Part shown: positions 8,501 to 16,745 of the stretch, one piece after another | Layout: each line of letters starts with the position of its first letter | Position numbering within the stretch: position 1 is the stretch's first letter | NCBI GenBank assembly: GCA_918234285.1 | Contig: CAKJXZ020000027.1 | Location: 1 to 35,521 of the forward strand | Direction: 5' to 3' | Origin: Pseudomonadota bacterium | GTDB taxonomy: Bacteria; Pseudomonadota; Alphaproteobacteria; RF32; CAG-239 | Length of the DNA stretch: 35,521 bases | Made by a program: the position numbers and the translations under genes | Notes under the pieces: generated by a model | What the model was told of the DNA's origin: nothing | The model's database searches: none | What the model saw: only the letters and a program-made list of their open reading frames with translations

Positions 8501-9072
8501 TCTTCTCCAACAATTCTGATTGGTGAACTCCATTCTGAATCTTCACCAATTCGCTGGCGCATATATTTGTCACTCTGTCTGTAACGTGTACTCCAATCCT
8601 GCACTCCATCCGGGGAATACTGAATCTCCAGGCTGTCAGCGGCAATCTTCATCGGGTTGCTCCATGTTGTGCCGCCATCGTTGGACATTATGACATATTT
8701 ATCACCAGGAAGAGGGCTGTCGTGCCATTCGCCATACTCGCCGATTATGAGCTCAGAACCATCATCAAGATTAAAAAGAGAATCATCATCAAGTTCAAGA
8801 GGCGCAACGCTTGTTTCAAATGGCACGTTTGCCGGTCCGTATTTTATCAGAACATCATCACCGGCGTACTGACTCCACACATAACTTGCCTTATCTGAAG
8901 GCGCGGTTGTCGCTGGACCTGAGTAAAAACCAATATATTTTGTTTCTGCCGTTGGTGTATCTGTAAAGTCTGTACCGTCTGAATAAGCAGAATACATTAT
9001 AAAACAGCTGTATGAACTGCCAGGCTTTCCTGTAAGCGCGCTTATTTCATATCCCGAATCTATTGATGCCAT
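5599..9072 (-). CDS. Large tail fibre / host-specificity protein with collagen-like and Asp-box repeats
   Basis: GxY runs (GEKGDTGSQGPQGEKGD) and SNDGGTTW/STDGGTTW motifs; last gene of the tail module. Confidence 0.8.
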   Translation of the reverse strand: MASIDSGYEISALTGKPGSSYSCFIMYSAYSDGTDFTDTPTAETKYIGFYSGPATTAPSDKASYVWSQYAGDDVLIKYGPANVPFETSVAPLELDDDSLFNLDDGSELIIGEYGEWHDSPLPGDKYVIMSNDGGTTWSNPMKIAADSLEIQYSPDGVQDWSTRYRQSDKYMRQRIGEDSEWSSPIRIVGEDATAAPVYECSLSMSAIGSDVSLLVYKDGELCENTVYYSDFYGTGESGASQTGPTGSVTEGAATITGGTGRNKHLVKIYSDENRTELLVSAFCSYGSTGATGQQGEKGDTGSQGPQGEKGDTGATGASSTSYWLIEDAAAIKKNAAGVFTPGTINVHAKKKTGTQGVEAYAGRLKIWKTEVAEPGTNDWTQIYSSSSDESTMAMAITIQSSYKAIRCELYYEGGFTTLLDQDIIPIVDDGAKGDKGDTGAQGPQGAKGDTGSQGPQGEKGDKGDPGNNVMRKYSASSVPPDGLLELDDGTYLTLDTDDDLELQTGGEWHQTYQDGDLYVIESTDGGTTWTAPVLMTDVIINTYTLYAISEDGETAYNWTFDKPEVQQGKFILTKTVNVYESGTKDETVLSTYYPFDSASLQTDADTLHYTLRRDGTANYQEMYIAAFVAIESEKLSLKSYVADFTNSQGITTTGYVSYDSTTKTATFTFKTTSGGTAPAGYIDLTITTSGGVEFARRINIISTKSGKYLGLATALTTSTATVSGSTVAATLGDFVTWGGAEGTRKQTYNYQLIQTALNTLSWAEYSDDADTMTSFSDIMNIVDDASNQNVKAVQLVKRLVAAEVFLHDCFVNKIKLITEVISGETKVGALYGGKYLPDGTIDPQSTLTRGVYLDALGFFKCVDGLFQGTLQSENYQKIPLLIEYSYDGVHWSPIPQISCNQIRISDDNGATSFTYLNGGSHVVSYGYVNNSTDTPTTWTAFSMNDYPNENDNQLNYIKIKWTQDGVQLKLDTYQMGKYSGYKFNPDGSADLFGNLRIGGNAVFEGLIENQAMKIKYKESSSSSVSYSCQASSTWATLLSHLQSKGLTAGITYSIEQLYGGSDYSGRFNGEEIESIRYYYSGRTEGYVLTITTTQDIYGCADTPIEGPSFSSQLGSEYIIYYDSGRRLIVLFNDLPSNDPGTKGQLYVSSGTLKISNG
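7689..8172. repeat. 34-bp exact direct repeat in the collagen-coding segments
   Basis: tgtctcccttttcaccctgtggcccctgacttcc at 7689-7722 and 8139-8172, 450 bp apart and in frame. Confidence 0.9.
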
Positions 9073-9092
9073 TTGTTTCCCCTTAAAAAATG

Positions 9093-9248
9093 TTAGTTTT
9101 GAACATCTTCTTCTATTTGCGATTTTGGAGTGTCTTTAATTACTGTGAAGCTGTATTTTGACGGCAAAACTTTTTCAATTTCTACGCCGTAATATTCAGC
9201 TATAATCTTGCGTACATCCGATTTATTAAGAACTACCGCTTCAGTCAT
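9093..9248 (-). CDS. Small hypothetical protein (51 aa)
   Basis: Manual translation MTEAVVLNKSDVRKIIAEYYGVEIEKVLPSKYSFTVIKD...; fills the gap and overlaps the upstream stop. Confidence 0.6.
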   Translation of the reverse strand: MTEAVVLNKSDVRKIIAEYYGVEIEKVLPSKYSFTVIKDTPKSQIEEDVQN

Positions 9249-9492
9249 CCATCTGCTCCAGCTGTGTCTGCAACTGATTTATCTGCTCACGTACTGCCTG
9301 GCGCGCCTGTGAAAGCTCTTCGTAATTATAAGGGTCCGGCTGATTCTGCAATCTTGCTTCATAAATCTTGATTATCTTCCAGTCTCCTACATCGCTTGTA
9401 GGTGCGCTCAGATGCTGCTGAAGGCAAGCTATCTGTGTTTCAATTCCCTGGCGTTCCATCATTTTTTCTTCAAGTGTTTCATTTTTACTCAT
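9241..9492 (-). CDS. Small helical tail-associated protein (possible fibre assembly chaperone)
   Basis: L...SDVGDWKIIK...Y..L...RQAVREQINQL pattern typical of small genes beside tail fibres. Confidence 0.55.
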   Translation of the reverse strand: MSKNETLEEKMMERQGIETQIACLQQHLSAPTSDVGDWKIIKIYEARLQNQPDPYNYEELSQARQAVREQINQLQTQLEQMDD

Positions 9493-10524
9493 TTACATCC
9501 TCCCAAAAAGTTTATTATATAAGGCATCAGTGCTTTTCAGGCTTCTGTATGCATTATATTTCCTTAGATTCCCTCTCCAGCTTTTGTATTGATTAGCTAT
9601 TTCTTCCCGGCTCATAATTCCGTATTCATACAATCCGTAAAGCTTCTTTAATTTCTGTCTTTCTCTTGTGATTGATTTTCTGCACGGTATTACAATGATT
9701 TTTCCTGTTTTAGTGATAAAATATTTCATTTTCAGAAAAGTAAAGCCTTTTTCAAGCTTTAAGATTTGAGTTTTTCTGTTGTTGATTATGATACCGATTT
9801 TCTCTGCAATTTTTCTGTAACCGGCAAGAAGCTTTTCCAGGAAAGCGCGGCTATAATGAATAATATAAGTATCGTCCATATATCTGCCGTAATACTTGCA
9901 GCCTCTTACTGTCTTACAGTAATTATCAAGCTCTGTAGGGTATAATATTCCGGCAACCTGACTGATCTGGCTTCCAATACCGATACCTTTATCACCTTCA
10001 AAAGAAGTTATAAGGTAACGAAGTAAATTCATCACCTTTTCATCTTTTATCTTTTCGCCAATTTTTCTCAAAAGAATATCATGAGGGATGCTGTCAAAAT
10101 ACTTAGAAAAATCAATAAGCAGCACCCAGCCTGTATTTCCGTATTTTCTGTAATAGTCACATAAATGCTTTTTTAATCTTCTTCTGGTAAAGTCTATACC
10201 TTTTCCTTTTACGCTTGCACCGTTATCATAAATAAGATATTTTGAAAGTTCTGGTACAAGAACATAATCGCACAAAGCCCGCTGTAAAACTCTGTCTGTA
10301 ATGTGCATTGATTTAATGTGTCTGAGTTTGCCGCGTTCTTTCAGATCAAACTCATAAAAGGGCTTTTGTCTATACGTTCCATCTATGAGAGACTGTCTCA
10401 GCTCCATTATATTTGAAAGCGCATACATCTGATATTTCTGAACTGATTCTTTCCAGTCAACATTTTTGCAACTGTTTGTGTAAGCTTCATAAAGATTATT
10501 CAAGTCCAAAAGTCTCTCAAACAT
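9493..10524 (-). CDS. DGR reverse transcriptase
   Basis: DRVLQRAL, DFSKYFDSIPH, GIGIGSQISQ (DGR-type GxxxSQ), YGRYMDD, FTFL. 343 aa with no maturase or endonuclease domain; adjacent to TR and avd. Confidence 0.96.
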   Translation of the reverse strand: MFERLLDLNNLYEAYTNSCKNVDWKESVQKYQMYALSNIMELRQSLIDGTYRQKPFYEFDLKERGKLRHIKSMHITDRVLQRALCDYVLVPELSKYLIYDNGASVKGKGIDFTRRRLKKHLCDYYRKYGNTGWVLLIDFSKYFDSIPHDILLRKIGEKIKDEKVMNLLRYLITSFEGDKGIGIGSQISQVAGILYPTELDNYCKTVRGCKYYGRYMDDTYIIHYSRAFLEKLLAGYRKIAEKIGIIINNRKTQILKLEKGFTFLKMKYFITKTGKIIVIPCRKSITRERQKLKKLYGLYEYGIMSREEIANQYKSWRGNLRKYNAYRSLKSTDALYNKLFGRM

Positions 10525-10670
10525 AATTCCCTCATATAAAAAAAATAACCTGCGTTTATAGCCGTAATATCCGTAGATAACGGCATCACAAGTTTAATTT
10601 GCCGTATGGACCGGATGTTTTCTCCTTCGCATTATGCGCGGATTATAAAAATCCATATGCACATGATATT
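10525..10670 (-). ncRNA. Structured spacer of the DGR template RNA
   Basis: Non-coding gap between TR and RT with hairpin atgccgt...acggcat (10559-10586) and possible pairing of 10602-10609 with 10652-10659. Confidence 0.55.
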
Positions 10671-10774
10671 CGAATCGGGGACGGACGTAATTGTTCGTAT
10701 TACCAGCGTTGTTGTAGTTCGCATTGCCATTGTTGTTCACATTGCAGAAGTTAGCAGCCGAGGCAACCGCCTTT
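10671..10774 (-). repeat. DGR template repeat (TR)
   Basis: Sense strand reads KAVASAANFCNVNNNGNANYNNAGNTNNYVRPRF with 12 AAY codons; aligns without gaps over 104 nt to both VRs. Confidence 0.97.
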
Positions 10775-10786
10775 CAGAAAACACCC

Positions 10787-11323
10787 TTATTTAAACTTTA
10801 ATCTGAACTTATTATCAGCCTGTCTCCAGCCTTTTAAGAGGTGTACTTCTCTCTGTATTGCAGTAAGCAGATTTGTTAAAAAGTTTAAATCGCCGTTAAA
10901 AAACTTTTTAATAAAATCAATCTCGTTAAACAGAGCATAGCATGATGCAATTGCGCTATCCTGATATTTACGCCTTAAATCCAGTTCTGCCATACACTGT
11001 GGATAAATTGAATTAGCTTTTACAACGTTTGACACGGTATCACAGGCATAAGCAATCAACCTTTCTCTCTCAAAGTTTGCAAACCATTCTGGATACTCAA
11101 AAGCAAACTGTTTATTCAAGCTTTTACCGTGTGCTTCAAATACTGCATTCACTGTTGCAGTCTCTTCTGGTGTTACGTCATCAAGCACCATTCTTAATGA
11201 TTTAATATTCTTATGCGCTCCAAAATCACGCATAAGCCACAATGTAATTTCTTTTCTCACTTCCATAGCACCCTTGTAATATTCCATTGCGCTTAAGTTT
11301 TGCAGGTGCTTAGGTACACTCAA
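10787..11323 (-). CDS. avd: DGR accessory variability determinant (Avd-like four-helix bundle)
   Basis: Lies between target and TR; NVVKANSIYP...RRKYQDSA...EVHLLKGWR motifs; TTG start behind GGAGG. Confidence 0.85.
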   Translation of the reverse strand: MSVPKHLQNLSAMEYYKGAMEVRKEITLWLMRDFGAHKNIKSLRMVLDDVTPEETATVNAVFEAHGKSLNKQFAFEYPEWFANFERERLIAYACDTVSNVVKANSIYPQCMAELDLRRKYQDSAIASCYALFNEIDFIKKFFNGDLNFLTNLLTAIQREVHLLKGWRQADNKFRLKFK

Positions 11324-11343
11324 TTTTTTAAACCTCCTGTTAC

Positions 11344-11406
11344 ATCACCGCCCACAAGGGGCGGCGATTATAGTGCCGCTTAGGGCGTTGCCCTAAGCTC
11401 CGATTA
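11344..11406 (-). promoter_or_regulatory. IMH and two target-recognition hairpins downstream of VR1
   Basis: gcttagggc-gtt-gccctaagc (11378-11398, overlapping the stop) and ccgccc-acaag-gggcgg (11348-11364). Confidence 0.8.
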
Positions 11407-12382
11407 CGAAGCGGGGACGGACGGAATTGTACGTATTACCAGCGTTGTTGCAGGCCGCACCGCCATTGTTGGTCACACCGCAGAAGGCAGCAGCCGAGGC
11501 AACCGCCTTTAACCACCAATATGATGATCTATTATTAATAGCTCGCTTGTTACGGAATAATGGCAGTTGAATACAAGCGTTTCCATCATCAAAACCAGAA
11601 CTACTCCATATATCACTGCCGTAAACTTCTATCTCACTCATAAGAACTGCTTGACAGTCAAACCATGCACGTGCGGAACTTGCCCCTGTTGCGGTTCCAA
11701 ATCTATTAACCAAAGTTGCATCCACCGCATTTGTTAACAATTCCCTTGTCGTTTTCAAATGGCTTCCAAACTCTGCATAAAGCTGTTCATTTATTGTTGC
11801 ACCACTTGCGGTACTTCCAGTACTCACAACAGAACCAATTGTATCTGTATTCATTTCTGAACCGACATAACCACCAGTTGTTACATTAGTTGCATTCATT
11901 CTTTTTCTGCCAAAATGATTTTTTTCGCTGGCATCAATTCCCTTACCAGGTACAAGCACAAGATGATGATAGGTAACACTGCTGCCCTGGTCACCGTTTG
12001 ACATAAGAGTGTCTATTCCTGCGATGGTGACCCAGGATGTTCCGGTTGTAGCATACTGCGAATCCTGATTAGGTGCCGATATTGCTCGTGACATCTGGAA
12101 GTAATCACCAACAAAAAGATCCTCAAAAAGAGAATACCTAGCACCAGAACTGCCGGATTTATAATTTCCGGTCAATCTCCTATAAATGCTTCCGTCCTGG
12201 TAATAACTGGTAATATCTTTTGGAGTTAAACGCATGATGTTATGATCAAGAAAAGCTCCTGTTATATCCCCGGCATTCACCTTTTTGTCTTTTGTTGCAG
12301 ATAAATCCCTGATTAAAAGCAGATCATCTCTTGCAACGTCAGTTGGTAACAGCTGTGTAAGCTGTGTAATTTTAGTTCCCAT
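11393..12382 (-). CDS. DGR target 1: fibre-associated receptor-binding protein with C-terminal C-type-lectin-fold (DUF6273-like) domain
   Basis: N-terminal KITQL...DDLLLIRD...KKV fibre-type motif; LMSEIEVYG, QLPLF, YWWL and VRPRF motifs; VR1 at the 3' end. Confidence 0.9.
   Translation of the reverse strand: MGTKITQLTQLLPTDVARDDLLLIRDLSATKDKKVNAGDITGAFLDHNIMRLTPKDITSYYQDGSIYRRLTGNYKSGSSGARYSLFEDLFVGDYFQMSRAISAPNQDSQYATTGTSWVTIAGIDTLMSNGDQGSSVTYHHLVLVPGKGIDASEKNHFGRKRMNATNVTTGGYVGSEMNTDTIGSVVSTGSTASGATINEQLYAEFGSHLKTTRELLTNAVDATLVNRFGTATGASSARAWFDCQAVLMSEIEVYGSDIWSSSGFDDGNACIQLPLFRNKRAINNRSSYWWLKAVASAAAFCGVTNNGGAACNNAGNTYNSVRPRFVIGA
11407..11510 (-). repeat. Variable repeat VR1
   Basis: 13 mismatches to TR in 104 nt, all at TR adenines. 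Confidence 0.97.
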
Positions 12383-12397
12383 TTAACAAAAATCCTC

Positions 12398-14317
12398 CTA
12401 TGTTCTAGTTCCTATAAACTTAGTGGCCATATACAAGCAAGGTGCCTGAGCTGTTACATCTGGCGGCGCATCCTGCCAGTCTGTTCTTTCCCTGAGCTGA
12501 GCCTCTGTCAAATCCCATGCTCCTACAAGAAACTTATAATCCTGGTAGCCGCCATCTATTCCTTCAATACGGCTCCACACAATGCCTTCTTTTTCAGATG
12601 CTTCTGCAAAAGTTGCAGCCGGTTCTCTAAATGTGTCACAATAAAGCCCGACATAACGCCGCGATTCTGTTGTAGAATAATTTGCACCGGTACTAATATT
12701 GTCACAATACACCGCGTGCTGGCGGTATTTAGCAGATTCAATTCTTGCAGCATCCTGATAAGCTGCCTGTGTCATTGGCCGTCTGGTAATGCGGTTTTCA
12801 GGTGTTGCTGGAGTATAATCTTCAAGAGATTCAATTTCATAAGCAAAGCCTGTTTTTTTTGTTGTTTTTTTGACAATTCGCCCCTTTATCTGTCCGAACT
12901 CTGGATTTGTTAAGGTAACATAATCACCAATATCTGCATCAACTTTTGATTGAACGGTAGCAGTAAAAAGGCTTGTCCTGAAATAATCAGCAAGCTTTAC
13001 GGAAAGATTTCTTGCAGCAGTTTTTCCGGCATCAGATGGAAAAGAAGCCCAGTTGAGATTTCCGTTTAAAATCATAACTACAGTTCTATCAACATCATTG
13101 ATGTACTTTGTTTCATAAGTATAATTTTCATCTGTGCCGGTTCTGGTTACTTCAACAGCAGTTCCTGTTTTTGCAACCGTATCACCGGTTAATTTAAGCC
13201 TTAAAAGAGATGTTTCAACATTGCCGGTATTCGTTGCAGTCAAAAGAGCATAGCTTTCAAAATCTGTAATTGTAAATGAATATAAACCACAGGTGAAAGA
13301 AAAAACATTATGGCCGTCAGAATCTACAGAACTTACACCTACAAGCTTAGCTTCTTCTGTTCCATCTGCCTTTAATGCAGTTGCTTCTACAATGTAAACT
13401 TTTCCCCTTAAGAACTCTCCCTCTTCAACAGCGTAATTAAGCTCAACATACTGCTCGCCATAAAGATATTGGCCGGCAGCAGTCTTGATTTCACAGGTCC
13501 AATCATCATCAGTGCCCTGAGTCTCAATATAGGTGTGAGTGCCGGTTCTGCTCATCATCAGATAAAGCATTAACTGTTTTATTGCAGCAGTGGTTGAAGG
13601 CGAGTACAAGGTTGAATCCATCTGCCTGACTTTTAATTGTCCATAGCTTACTGCTGCACCGCCATAACGCCTTTCATTTCTTTTAAGGTCAACTTTATTC
13701 AGTGTATTATTTCCGTTAAAATTAACGTAAGCAGAAGATGATTCCGGCAGAGTAGGGAATAAAGCCTTAACTTCAAAATTGCCTTCTTTGGAAAAATCAA
13801 AAGTGTAGCCATATTCAAATAAAAGGTTCTTAATGACAGTGTAAGCATCTTCACCGGCCGTTGCATTAAAATAATTCAGTGTTGGATCCGGGCTGATTGT
13901 TATAGTTAATGGAATCCCCAGCTGTTCACCAATTTCTTCAAGTACACCGCTTAAAGTAGCATCAGCGGCACCGTGCCAGATTGTCTGAGTTAATGGCTTT
14001 TTCAACAAAAAAGCTGGTGATGTAATTTCCATCATTATCGGTTGTGAAACCTGAGTTCTTGAAAAATTAAAACTATGCCGTAAATACCCTGTGAATAAAA
14101 CATTCTGCCCCAAAACATCAGTAACAACAGCTTTAACTTCTTCATCTGCATTTGCTATAAGCTTATTTCTAAGCGTAATGGAATGCAGAACAGAAAGCTG
14201 ACAGGTGTTGTCAGCCGGTTCAAGGTTGTTATGCAATATTTCCGTTATTGTAAGAGAATCTGTAATATAAGGGACCTGCATGGAAGTTTCATCTGGAAAT
14301 GTCAGAAGCAAAGCCAT
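12398..14317 (-). CDS. Tail tip / baseplate hub-like protein
   Basis: Directly after the tape measure gene; beta-rich, with a Tal-like N-terminal pattern (LFTGYL...GYTFDFSKEGNF). Confidence 0.65.
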   Translation of the reverse strand: MALLLTFPDETSMQVPYITDSLTITEILHNNLEPADNTCQLSVLHSITLRNKLIANADEEVKAVVTDVLGQNVLFTGYLRHSFNFSRTQVSQPIMMEITSPAFLLKKPLTQTIWHGAADATLSGVLEEIGEQLGIPLTITISPDPTLNYFNATAGEDAYTVIKNLLFEYGYTFDFSKEGNFEVKALFPTLPESSSAYVNFNGNNTLNKVDLKRNERRYGGAAVSYGQLKVRQMDSTLYSPSTTAAIKQLMLYLMMSRTGTHTYIETQGTDDDWTCEIKTAAGQYLYGEQYVELNYAVEEGEFLRGKVYIVEATALKADGTEEAKLVGVSSVDSDGHNVFSFTCGLYSFTITDFESYALLTATNTGNVETSLLRLKLTGDTVAKTGTAVEVTRTGTDENYTYETKYINDVDRTVVMILNGNLNWASFPSDAGKTAARNLSVKLADYFRTSLFTATVQSKVDADIGDYVTLTNPEFGQIKGRIVKKTTKKTGFAYEIESLEDYTPATPENRITRRPMTQAAYQDAARIESAKYRQHAVYCDNISTGANYSTTESRRYVGLYCDTFREPAATFAEASEKEGIVWSRIEGIDGGYQDYKFLVGAWDLTEAQLRERTDWQDAPPDVTAQAPCLYMATKFIGTRT

Positions 14318-14328
14318 CGTTATCTCTC

Positions 14329-16437
14329 CTAATATCCAAGTTTTTCTGCCATTTTGATTTCATCCCTTATACTCAAAGCAATGGCACGCGCATCACCATT
14401 AACATAAGATTGTGAATAGGTGATATAAACATAAACGTCTCTTGCAGCAGTAATTGAGTTTCTGGCTGTAGATGTTTTTGTAGTCGCAACATCTTCTGCA
14501 TAGCTTGATGATGCAGATTGAGCATTCATCGTTTCATCAAAAGACAGATAATCCCAGCGGTTGCGCTTTTTTGAGAAAAGATTGTGAATTGCAACAACAG
14601 CGTTATATATTACAGTAAGAACAAAAGCAATTGTTTTAAGCAATGTCTGCAATAAGCCACCCAGGAATATCTTTGCTATAGGTGCAAGCATTTCAATAAC
14701 TTTTCCTATAGTTCTTCCAATAAGCTTGATGACGTTGACTGCATCCGGCAAAAAACTGTCAAGAATATCAGCCACAGGAGCTGCAATTTCATTAACTAAA
14801 GTTGACATATAATTGAGCACCTGAGTAAAAGCCGGTGAAAGCTCCTGCAACTTTGCAACAAGCTCTCCAACAAAATTGATAAGGACAGAAACCCAGCCGC
14901 CACCGCCCTGTAAAAATGCCGCAATAGTAGAACCAAGCTGTCCAAACGATGATAAAAGGGAAGTCCACGGACTGCCAGATTTTGTATCAGTTCCGGTATT
15001 ACCATTGTCAGCTGGAGCTGGAGTATAATCCTCATTCTCAACGGCAGATTGAATCATTCCAGCACCTTCAGACAAAGCAATTTTCAAATCTTCCGGTAAA
15101 TTTGTAGAATCCAGAACAGCCTTGATGGATGCAGCAGTTTCTTCTGCTGTGTCTTTATAAAACTTAGAAAAGTTTTCTGCATTATCTTTTACGGATTTTG
15201 CATATTTTTCAGAGGCATTTTTATAATCAGACAGAAAATCTTTAAAAATATTTTTTTGAGTAGTATCAAAATCTGAAATAGATTTATAATCTTTTTTGTT
15301 TTCGTCAAAGCGGAAAGTAATAACATTACTGCCGTTAAAATCTTTTGTCTTAAAAATATTTTCAGCTATCCATTTTACAGCCTTATTGTCCATTACCTTT
15401 TCAAGCATCTTGTTTATAGCTTCAATGAACTTGTTTCCAAATGGGACAATAAACATATTGTATGCAAGTGCAGCAAGATTACCAAAAGTAAGACTAAATA
15501 TATTTTGAAAAGATTCAACTTGTAGTTTTAATAAAACGCCAATCTGTTCTAAATGAAAAACCAGATTATTGACAAGATTTTTACCTATCGCCATAAAAAT
15601 GTTAGAAAAACCTTTTACACTAAAAGTCTGTTCAATCATCTTTTTAATGCCATCAAAAGTTTTTGACATCATACCAGGTATAGCAAATATAAAAGTTAAA
15701 ATCTGCTCTCTGTTTTCATGAAGCATATTTGTCATTTTCTGAATCGGCTCCAGAAACTTTCCCTGACTTACAAAACGCAAGCTCTGAATGATAGCTCCAA
15801 CCTCGCTCTGTAAATCAGCAAAAGTATTTTTAAACTGAGCTTCCCTGCCGCTGAAAGTGTTTGACATCTGAGAGGCAAATCCGGCATATTTATTTTTCAA
15901 AATATCAACAGCAGCACCATTTGCAAGCTCTTCTTTTGTAAGATTCTTTAACTCTGGAGCAATTTTTGCAAGCTGTCCGATGTTTCCGCTATAACTCAAC
16001 GAAAGTGCTTTTACAGCATTATCAAGCGGCATAATGCCGTCAGCAGCCATATCTGTTGCCGCCTGCATGACATCCCGGATTTGATTTTCTGCAAGCTCCA
16101 TGTTTGTTGCAAGCTTCAAAGCATTATTTAAGGAATCTGCATCAAAAAAATTGTCGTGCGACATATCCTGCCGGATTTTAGAAAGGTTTTGAAGAGGAAT
16201 TGCAGCATTTTGAGCCGCTGTTGAAAGTGATTTTAAGGCAGTATTCTGATTCAAAAAGCTTTGAGTTGAACCGTCAACCACTTTTTTAATTCCACCTAAA
16301 GCTTTTGCAGAAATTAAAGCAATAACAGCTGTTGCTGCTTTTTTAGCTTCACCGGCAAGGCTTTGTAAACCGCTTTTAGCCTGGTTCATTGCCTTACCGT
16401 CATAATCACCTTTAATTTGATAAACAACTGGTACCAT
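14329..16437 (-). CDS. Tape measure protein
   Basis: 702 aa, helical and Ala/Lys-rich with hydrophobic repeats; follows the tail chaperones. Confidence 0.88.
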   Translation of the reverse strand: MVPVVYQIKGDYDGKAMNQAKSGLQSLAGEAKKAATAVIALISAKALGGIKKVVDGSTQSFLNQNTALKSLSTAAQNAAIPLQNLSKIRQDMSHDNFFDADSLNNALKLATNMELAENQIRDVMQAATDMAADGIMPLDNAVKALSLSYSGNIGQLAKIAPELKNLTKEELANGAAVDILKNKYAGFASQMSNTFSGREAQFKNTFADLQSEVGAIIQSLRFVSQGKFLEPIQKMTNMLHENREQILTFIFAIPGMMSKTFDGIKKMIEQTFSVKGFSNIFMAIGKNLVNNLVFHLEQIGVLLKLQVESFQNIFSLTFGNLAALAYNMFIVPFGNKFIEAINKMLEKVMDNKAVKWIAENIFKTKDFNGSNVITFRFDENKKDYKSISDFDTTQKNIFKDFLSDYKNASEKYAKSVKDNAENFSKFYKDTAEETAASIKAVLDSTNLPEDLKIALSEGAGMIQSAVENEDYTPAPADNGNTGTDTKSGSPWTSLLSSFGQLGSTIAAFLQGGGGWVSVLINFVGELVAKLQELSPAFTQVLNYMSTLVNEIAAPVADILDSFLPDAVNVIKLIGRTIGKVIEMLAPIAKIFLGGLLQTLLKTIAFVLTVIYNAVVAIHNLFSKKRNRWDYLSFDETMNAQSASSSYAEDVATTKTSTARNSITAARDVYVYITYSQSYVNGDARAIALSIRDEIKMAEKLGY

Positions 16438-16448
16438 ATATAATAATG

Positions 16449-16745
16449 TCAGTTAATAGAAAGGGATTCTGCAAGGCGTTCAAGCCACACTTCTTTCATA
16501 ACACCGAGTAAACTCATTGTCTTAGCCGGTTGATCAAGGACACCGCCGGAACACGGCAAGTGAAGCAGAGCACCTGTCCTATAGTCCTTGCACCACTCGA
16601 ACAGGTCAAAAAGAAACGCCCATTTTCTGTAAAATCCGGCAATCTCATCGTGAGCTTCAGGATTGCCGCCAAAAAACAGAACTCGCGCAACCTGTCTTAT
16701 TTCAAATCGTTCTGCTTCACCAGCTGAAAAGGTGAATCGTTTCCA
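16449..16745 (-). CDS. -1 frame extension of the tail assembly chaperone (gpT-like)
   Basis: 98-codon open -1 frame with no plausible early start or RBS, containing LLHLPCSGGVLDQPAKTM and ending just before the TMP gene. Confidence 0.8.
   Translation of the reverse strand, partial: WKRFTFSAGEAERFEIRQVARVLFFGGNPEAHDEIAGFYRKWAFLFDLFEWCKDYRTGALLHLPCSGGVLDQPAKTMSLLGVMKEVWLERLAESLSIN

Noticed and set aside
9493-10524. RT as a group II intron, retron or Abi RT
   Set aside because: It has no maturase or endonuclease domain and no retron VTG motif, and the avd gene plus TR/VR pairs identify a DGR.
10606-10794. 62-aa plus-strand ORF
   Set aside because: It is the antisense reading of the AAY-rich TR, which is naturally poor in stop codons.
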